From positions 338,803 to 370,802 of the forward strand of contig NZ_RYEV01000004.1 in assembly GCF_004138485.1 (NCBI RefSeq): a DNA stretch of 32,000 bases. The letters are read 5' to 3'. This DNA is from Peristeroidobacter soli. GTDB taxonomy: Bacteria; Pseudomonadota; Gammaproteobacteria; Steroidobacterales; Steroidobacteraceae. The position numbers were made by a program, and so were the translations under genes. Of this stretch, positions 26,033 to 32,000 are shown piece by piece (within the stretch, counting starts at the first letter, position 1; each line of letters opens with the position of its first letter). Under the pieces are notes generated by a model. That model saw only the letters and a program-made list of their open reading frames with translations, ran no database searches and was not told where the DNA came from.

Positions 26033-26752
26033 TCAGAAGAAGGATTGCGGTACCACGATCACGTCCCCGGGCTTGAGCTCGAGGTTCTGATTCATCGCAC
26101 CTTTGTTCACGAGGTCGTCGACCTTGACACGCAGCTCAGTGTCCTTGCCATCGACTTTTCGGACAATCTTGCCGCGGTTGCCAGCCGCAAATTCCGTGAG
26201 TCCGCCGGCCGCGAGAATCGCATCGAGGACGCGCATGCCTTCGCGATAGGGCAATGACTGCGGCGTGGTCACCTGCCCGATGACTTTCACCTGGCTGAAC
26301 GCGCTGACCGGGTTGGTGACGATCACGTTCACCTGCGGCGAGCGAATGTATTCAGCCAGCACCACTTCGATATCGCGCGCCAGCTGAGAAGGCGTTTTGC
26401 CGACGGCGATCATGTCCTCGACCAGCGGCGTGGAAATCTTGCCGTCCGGACGCACCGGCACGGTCTGTGTGAGCTCGGGATTGCGCCACACGAATATCTG
26501 CAAGGTATCGCCGGGGCCGATGCGGTAGTCCGGTGCGACCGAGCTGGCCGCCATCTGCGGCATCGGTTGGGTGGCCGCCGGGCGGGTGTCGGCAGGATTG
26601 ACACTTTCGGCGGGTTTGCTCGGCTGAGTGGCCGGCGCGGGGCTGGCTGTGGAAGGCTTGGGAGTCTGGCTCCAAACACTCGTGGCCCAAAAAAACATCA
26701 ACATGGCCACGAAGTTGAGCGCCGAAATTTGCTTCTGCATTCGATTCGTCAC
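26033..26752 (-). CDS. XrtA/PEP-CTERM system exopolysaccharide export protein (Wza/GumB-like, Poly_export)
   Basis: 239 aa with signal peptide; APDYRIGPGDTLQIFVWRNPELTQTVPVRPDGKISTPLVEDM, VKVIGQVTTPQSLPYREGMRVLDAILAAGGLTEFA. Start is GTG 26752 or ATG 26740. Confidence 0.93.
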   Translation of the reverse strand: MTNRMQKQISALNFVAMLMFFWATSVWSQTPKPSTASPAPATQPSKPAESVNPADTRPAATQPMPQMAASSVAPDYRIGPGDTLQIFVWRNPELTQTVPVRPDGKISTPLVEDMIAVGKTPSQLARDIEVVLAEYIRSPQVNVIVTNPVSAFSQVKVIGQVTTPQSLPYREGMRVLDAILAAGGLTEFAAGNRGKIVRKVDGKDTELRVKVDDLVNKGAMNQNLELKPGDVIVVPQSFF

Positions 26753-26910
26753 AAGTGAAAGGTGGCTTCAGGGGCGCCACGCCCGCGACTGCAGTACGGC
26801 TCACGTCATGCATGCATCAACAGCTGCGGTAGCCTAACAGAAAAGCTGCCAAACCCGCGGAATAGCCCTTGAAACCGTGACGTAGCGCGCGCTTGTCGAT
26901 ACTGCCGTGC

Positions 26911-29706
26911 TTACTCCTGTCCGCCCAGTTCCGTTAACAGACGCTGGGCCGCCGCGCGGTTGTCGAAGGTCGTCTGACCGGCCAGCAACTGCGTCAGCTG
27001 TTCCTTGGCCTGGGCCTTCGCTCCCGTGCGAGCCAGAGCGGCGGCGTAGTGATACTTGATGTCGGCCGATGCGTTCGCCGCAGCCGCCGCCTGCTCGAGC
27101 AACGGCAACCCCTCGGCGCTCTGGCCCGAGTCGACCAGGATCCAACCGAGCGTGTCCATGATAGCGGGGACCTTGGGGGCAAGTAGATGAGCCTGACGGG
27201 CAGTCGCGAGTGCCCGTGGGTCCCGTTGCTCGTGATACAGCCACGCAAGGTTGTTCAACGACGGCACGTGCTTCGGCTGACGTTGCACGATTTGCTCGTA
27301 CTGTGCGATCGCCTGTCTGGCCTCGCCGCTCTTGATATAAGCGTCGGCGAGCAAGGTACGGAACGACAGATCATCCGGATGCGCGCGCGACCAACGCTCC
27401 AGCGGCTCGAGCGCATTCGGCAATTTACCGGCGCTGCGCACCTGGTAAATCTTGGTGGCGAGCTCCGGCGCCGGCCGGATCGCCAGGGCCGCTTCATAGG
27501 CTCGCGACGCTTCCGGATACTTCTGCAGAACGGTGTAGACCTCGCCTTCCAGGGCCAGCAGCTGCGGGTTGTTCGGGCGTGTCTGTTTCAATGCGTCGAT
27601 GCGGTTCAAGGCCGCACTGCCATTGCCCTCCTGCACCTCCAGGAACGCGAGCGCTCCGATCGCCGGCAACCACTCCGGCTGCAGGCTCAGCGCTTTTTCC
27701 AGCGACTCGCGCGCCGGACCGCGTTGATTCAAGCCCAGCTGCGCGCGTCCCAGGTTCAACCACAGCAACGGGTTGCCCGCATCGCTCGCGGTGCCGTCCT
27801 TGAACATCGCCTGCGCCTGATCGAAGCGGCCGCTCTCCAGATAGAGCAAGCCCGCGGCGTTCACCACGTCGCCACGCTTCGATGAAGCCTCGACCGCCGC
27901 ATTGATGAACCCATCGGCCCGCTTCGCATCGTCCTTCGCGAGCGCCATCCGCGCCAGCATCAGCGGTGGCTCGATGGCTTTCGGATTGGCTTTGTGGAGC
28001 GCTTCGAGACGGCTCGTCGCCGCAGCCTGCTTACCTTGAGCAAGCTCCACTTCGACCATCGCGAGCTGCGCGCCGGTATTGGTCGGATCGAGATCGATCA
28101 ATCGCTGCAACGCTGCTCGCGCCGCATCCTGACGGCGCGCGGTCCATTCGACGCGGGCGAGCGCAAACAACAGCTCGGGTTGTTTGGGGTTCTTCGCGAG
28201 CGCGTCATTGAGCAGCGCCCGGCCCTTGTCGAGATCGCCGCTCCGCGCATAGAACCCCGCCGCGATGCCCACCGCGGCCGGCTCGCTGCCGTACTTGTTC
28301 AACAGCGTTTGAACTTGGGCGCGCGCGGCCGCAGGGCCCTCCGCGACAGAGATGGCCTGAACCAACAGCGCCTCGCGACGCGGATCGATCTTCGGATCGC
28401 TCTCTCCCCGACGCAGCAGCGCGACGGCCTTGTCCGCTGAACCCGCCTGCACGTAGGCACCCGCCAGCTGAATCTGCAGCCCGCGGCTGTTAGGCGCATC
28501 GCGCAGTGCCTTTTCCAAAGTATCGATGGTTTGTTGGTCGGCGCCGGCGGCGGCACGCGCGCCCTCGAACAAAGTGGTCAGACGGGAGTCATCGGCGTTG
28601 GTCTCGATCGCCGGCACCAGCACTCGCAACGCGCCGTCCGGATCCTGCAGACGCATGCGCACCTGCGCGAGCAATTGCCGCGCCTCGAGATTCTGAGGCG
28701 CCTGCTGCACGACCTGACTCAACTCCTGACTCGCCTGCTCCAGATTGCCTTGCGCAACCAGCGTGACGCCGAGCAGATAACGCGCTTGAGTGAATTGCGG
28801 AGCGGCGTTCACCAGCCGACGCAGACCGCTCGCGGCCGCCAGATAGTCATTGGTCGCCATGGAGATGCGAGCCGACATCAGGGCGGCCAACGGCGAGCCG
28901 GCGGCGATGCGATTCATCGCATCGAGATTGGCGCGGGCCGCGTCGATGTTACGGGCGACCAGCTGCATCTCGATCAACGTCGACAGCAGCGAGACCTGCC
29001 GGGTCGCTTCGAGCTGTTTCTCCGCCAGTGCCTTCGCTTTGAGCAGCGCCTTCTCGGCCTCCTCCGTTCTGCTCGCGCGAGCGAGGATCGCGCCCTGCGA
29101 ATACCACGAGAGCGCGGACTGTGGATGTTGCTCGGTCAGTTGCGTCGCGAGCGCCAGCGCTCCCTGCGCATCGCCCTGCGCCGCCAGCGTATCGATGATG
29201 CCGACCTGCGCATCGATCAACGCCGGATCGGCCGCGGCCGACGCACGAAATGCCTGCTGAGCCTCGGCGGTCCTACCCAGCCCCTGCAACGCGAAGCCGC
29301 GATACAAGGCGGCGCGGGCCGGCTCGATCTGCTCCACCGACGCAGCCGAGACCTTTTCCAGCGCCGGCGCAAAGCGACCCAGCGCCAGGTCGATGCGGAC
29401 CCGAAGCTCCAGATGCGGATCCGCGCCGCTCGGCTTGGGCAGTTTGTTGAGCTCGGCCTCGGCGTTGGTGGGATCGCCCAGCCACAACGCGACCTCGGCC
29501 AGCAACGCACGCGCCGGAAGCAGCTCGGGGTCCTTCTGCAAGGCGTTCTTGAGTTCGACCAGCGCGCGCCGATAGTCGCCCTCCGCCACGGCGGACTGCG
29601 CACGCTCGTAGCGCTGTTCGGGGCTGACGAGAAAGTCACAACCGGCCGTCGTCAGCAGCATCGCGCCGAGCACGCAGCTCACCATCAACGTGCGGATCTT
29701 CAACAT
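26911..29706 (-). CDS. prsT: PEP-CTERM system TPR-repeat lipoprotein (PrsT-like)
   Basis: About 931 aa, lipoprotein-like signal LGAMLLTTAGCDF, dense TPR repeats throughout, located directly after xrtA; ATG 29706 (ORF opens at GTG 29709). Confidence 0.93.
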   Translation of the reverse strand: MLKIRTLMVSCVLGAMLLTTAGCDFLVSPEQRYERAQSAVAEGDYRRALVELKNALQKDPELLPARALLAEVALWLGDPTNAEAELNKLPKPSGADPHLELRVRIDLALGRFAPALEKVSAASVEQIEPARAALYRGFALQGLGRTAEAQQAFRASAAADPALIDAQVGIIDTLAAQGDAQGALALATQLTEQHPQSALSWYSQGAILARASRTEEAEKALLKAKALAEKQLEATRQVSLLSTLIEMQLVARNIDAARANLDAMNRIAAGSPLAALMSARISMATNDYLAAASGLRRLVNAAPQFTQARYLLGVTLVAQGNLEQASQELSQVVQQAPQNLEARQLLAQVRMRLQDPDGALRVLVPAIETNADDSRLTTLFEGARAAAGADQQTIDTLEKALRDAPNSRGLQIQLAGAYVQAGSADKAVALLRRGESDPKIDPRREALLVQAISVAEGPAAARAQVQTLLNKYGSEPAAVGIAAGFYARSGDLDKGRALLNDALAKNPKQPELLFALARVEWTARRQDAARAALQRLIDLDPTNTGAQLAMVEVELAQGKQAAATSRLEALHKANPKAIEPPLMLARMALAKDDAKRADGFINAAVEASSKRGDVVNAAGLLYLESGRFDQAQAMFKDGTASDAGNPLLWLNLGRAQLGLNQRGPARESLEKALSLQPEWLPAIGALAFLEVQEGNGSAALNRIDALKQTRPNNPQLLALEGEVYTVLQKYPEASRAYEAALAIRPAPELATKIYQVRSAGKLPNALEPLERWSRAHPDDLSFRTLLADAYIKSGEARQAIAQYEQIVQRQPKHVPSLNNLAWLYHEQRDPRALATARQAHLLAPKVPAIMDTLGWILVDSGQSAEGLPLLEQAAAAANASADIKYHYAAALARTGAKAQAKEQLTQLLAGQTTFDNRAAAQRLLTELGGQE

Positions 29707-29718
29707 CACCTCTCCCGA

Positions 29719-31233
29719 TTAGCGCCCGTCGCTGGACGCGAGGCTCGTCGTCATCTCGCGCAACAGATCGCGCGCGGCCGCGCAGTCTTCATCCTGACAG
29801 CGCGTTCTGAAGGCGACGACCGCCGACAGCGGCGCCGACAGCAGCGATTTGACGCCATATTGAACCTGCAGGGACACGCTCTGACGATACCAGCGATCGT
29901 CGAGACGATAGGCATACCAGAGCAGCCAGCGATCGCCGCGCGAGTCGGTCGCCTCCACTGCCATCCATTCGCCCGGCCCCGCGCCTCGCTGACGCGCAGT
30001 CAGCGTCTCGCCGGTCACCGAGTTGGTGAAGGACACCAGCTCCTTGCCCTGATGCTGATCGGCGTAGAGCGCGGCAAACCCTTCGACCGCATGCGCCTGC
30101 CTCGAATAGCGCACTCGCTGCGTCACATCGTTGCCGGCAAACACCGGCTGCCAGTCATCGGCAGCGCTCTGCTCCACCGACCAGCCCTGCAGCGACGCCG
30201 GCAGCAGGCGAGGCAATTGATCCGTCGGGATCGTATTGTTGTCCGCGAGCAGCCACAGCGGCGCCACCAGCAGGCTGACCGCAGCGAGCGACGCGCCCCG
30301 CCACGACACCGGACCGCTCTTGGGAACCGACTCCGCTTCGATCGACGGCTCCGGCGCCGCCGGCCAGCGACGCACGATCAGGAAATAGATGACCATCGTG
30401 CCGGCGAACATCACCCAGCCGAAGCTGTAATGCTCCTTGGTCACGAAGTAGTGCTGCATGTTGGTCACGTGCCCGGCGACGGCGATGATGAAAATGCGCA
30501 CCCAGTTGGTCAGCAGCGCGAGCAGCGCCGCCAGCGCCACCAGTTTCACGCGCGTCCACAGCGAGTCGCGATTGATCTCGCCGTACAGCACGGCGATCGC
30601 GATACCGACGATCAGAAAGTGCAGACCGCTGCAGCCGCCGGCGATCTCGAGCGATCCTTCCGGCAGCGTGAACGTATTGCCTGAGAAGAACACTGGAATG
30701 CCGACGGTTCGCAACAGCATGCGAACCGCCCAGCTCGACAAGGACTGCAGCAGCGGATTGATCGCATCCCACAACGGGATCGCGAAATACAGAAACGCGA
30801 ACGGCAGCCAGTTGCGGCGCGCCGCCTGGAACCCGTAGGCCGCGATGAACGCGCCGAAGATCATCGCGGGCAACAGCGCCTGATGCGCGATGCGAATGCC
30901 GGCACGGTAGGCGATCAGCCACACGACGCTCGCCGCCAGCACGCCGACGCAGGCGAGCACGCTGGGCCGGATCTCGACCTGCGACCAATCGCTACGATTG
31001 CGCCACACCAGCCACAGGCTCATCACGACGATCAGATAACCGTGCGTATACGAGCGGCGGATCGTGTCCTCCCACTGCTCGATCAGCGAGAGCGTGGTCG
31101 GCCAGAACAGCAGGAAGCCGAGTACGAGCAGTGCCATCGCACCGACCGCACGAAGATTGCGATTTCGGGCGACGGCGCGAGGATCGAGAGCAAGCGTCGC
31201 CGGATCCGTCGACGACCAGCCGGACATGCCCAT
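29719..31233 (-). CDS. xrtA: Exosortase A with C-terminal EpsI-like domain
   Basis: 504 aa; LEIAGGCSGLHFLIVGIAIAVLYGEI (catalytic Cys), LLTNWVRIFIIAVAGH (Arg) and a following His region, multiple TMs, then soluble domain LLPASLQGWSVEQSAADDWQPVFAG...WLLWYAYRLDDRWYRQ. Confidence 0.94.
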   Translation of the reverse strand: MGMSGWSSTDPATLALDPRAVARNRNLRAVGAMALLVLGFLLFWPTTLSLIEQWEDTIRRSYTHGYLIVVMSLWLVWRNRSDWSQVEIRPSVLACVGVLAASVVWLIAYRAGIRIAHQALLPAMIFGAFIAAYGFQAARRNWLPFAFLYFAIPLWDAINPLLQSLSSWAVRMLLRTVGIPVFFSGNTFTLPEGSLEIAGGCSGLHFLIVGIAIAVLYGEINRDSLWTRVKLVALAALLALLTNWVRIFIIAVAGHVTNMQHYFVTKEHYSFGWVMFAGTMVIYFLIVRRWPAAPEPSIEAESVPKSGPVSWRGASLAAVSLLVAPLWLLADNNTIPTDQLPRLLPASLQGWSVEQSAADDWQPVFAGNDVTQRVRYSRQAHAVEGFAALYADQHQGKELVSFTNSVTGETLTARQRGAGPGEWMAVEATDSRGDRWLLWYAYRLDDRWYRQSVSLQVQYGVKSLLSAPLSAVVAFRTRCQDEDCAAARDLLREMTTSLASSDGR

Positions 31234-31310
31234 TCTAGCGGGCCATCTCAGTGGACGATGCCGTACTTGATCATTTAGTGGACCATCTCAGTGCGCGATG
31301 CCGTACTTAT
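31231..31310 (-). repeat. Imperfect direct duplication (period 40 bp) of the prsR 3' end, extending into the xrtA start region
   Basis: ccatctcagtgNNcgatgccgtactt at 31243-31268 and 31283-31308, 24/26 identical; flanks also similar (cattctagcgggcc versus catttagtggacc). Confidence 0.85.
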
Positions 31311-32000
31311 CCATCAAGTCATAGAGCGTCGGCCGGCTGACGCCCAGCAGCTCCGAGGTGCGCGAGATGTTGCCTTCAGTGATCGAGAGAGCCTGACGAA
31401 TCGCCTGGCGCTCGGCACGCGTGCGCACTTCCTTCAGGTTGAACAGCAGCTCGCCATCGACGCTTTCTTTCAGATGCAGATCCTCGGCGGTGAGCAGCGA
31501 GCCCTCGCCCATGATCATCGCGGTCTTGACCCGGTTCTCCAGCTCACGCACGTTGCCTGGCCACGAATAGGCTTCGAGCGCCGCCGTCGCCTCCTCGGTG
31601 AAGCCACGCTTCGGACGGCCGTGCATGCCGCCGAACTTACGCAGCATCGCATGAGCGAGCACGGTCGGTGCGCCCCGACGCTCGCGCAGCGGCGGCACGT
31701 CGATCGTCACTTCACCGATCCGGAAATACAGATCCTCCCGGAAGCGCTGCTCGGTGATCAGTTGCTTCACGTTCTTGTTGGTCGCGCACACGACGCGCAC
31801 GTCGACCGGAATCTCCTGCCGGCCGCCGACGCGCTCGATGACGTGGTTCTGCAGGAAGCGCAACAGCTTCGCCTGCAGCGGCAGCGGCATGTCGCCGATC
31901 TCATCGAGGAACAGCGTGCCGCCGCTCGACAGCTCCACCTTGCCGATGGTCTGTTTCACCGCGCCGGTGAACGCGCCCTTCTCGTAGCCGAACAATTCGC
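31288..32000 (-). CDS. prsR: Sigma-54-dependent response regulator, PEP-CTERM-box type (partial; 5' end beyond window)
   Basis: [50 protein letters not shown] (AAA+ domain with GAFTGA loop) and Fis-like [30 protein letters not shown]. Confidence 0.93.
   Translation of the reverse strand, partial: ELFGYEKGAFTGAVKQTIGKVELSSGGTLFLDEIGDMPLPLQAKLLRFLQNHVIERVGGRQEIPVDVRVVCATNKNVKQLITEQRFREDLYFRIGEVTIDVPPLRERRGAPTVLAHAMLRKFGGMHGRPKRGFTEEATAALEAYSWPGNVRELENRVKTAMIMGEGSLLTAEDLHLKESVDGELLFNLKEVRTRAERQAIRQALSITEGNISRTSELLGVSRPTLYDLMDKYGIAH

Noticed and set aside
28531-30684. 717-aa plus-strand ORF opposite prsT and xrtA
   Set aside because: Low-complexity Arg/Gln/His/Gly-rich translation typical of antisense shadow ORFs in high-GC DNA; both opposing genes have unmistakable domain motifs.
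1-32000. CRISPR array, tRNA/rRNA, transposase or phage-defence genes
   Set aside because: No spaced short repeats, no recognisable RNA genes and no transposase, nuclease or toxin-like ORFs seen; gene content is explained by polysaccharide metabolism.

Overview
This 32 kb high-GC window is dominated by an exopolysaccharide biosynthesis, export and modification locus of the exosortase A (XrtA)/PEP-CTERM type, probably from a gammaproteobacterium-like genome (source inferred, not proven). From the right edge on the minus strand the order is: C-terminal part of a sigma-54 response regulator (PrsR-like, truncated by the window), XrtA with a C-terminal EpsI-like domain, a 932-aa TPR lipoprotein (PrsT-like), an export protein, a chain-length determinant, a BY-kinase-like ATPase, a beta-barrel outer-membrane protein, a polysaccharide deacetylase, a GNAT/FemAB-like protein, a GT2, a second GNAT/FemAB-like protein, an AsnB-like amidotransferase, an acyl carrier protein, an AMP-forming ligase, a divergent NadE-like PP-loop enzyme, a membrane GT2, a GT4 and an O-antigen-ligase-like polymerase. 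To the left are a plus-strand deacetylase/ATP-grasp pair, a minus-strand GT4, a plus-strand SGNH-like/FemAB-like/DegT trio, and a minus-strand tandem of secreted ConA-like or polysaccharide-lyase-like proteins. The core is an established system. The parts most worth a second look are the apparent amide/acyl-decoration module (ACP, AMP ligase, AsnB, divergent NadE-like, two or three GNAT/FemAB folds), the translationally coupled deacetylase/ATP-grasp pair, and a 40-bp duplication of the prsR 3' end before xrtA. I saw no tRNA, rRNA, CRISPR array, mobile element or PEP-CTERM substrate. All family assignments were made by eye from translated motifs, with no database search.
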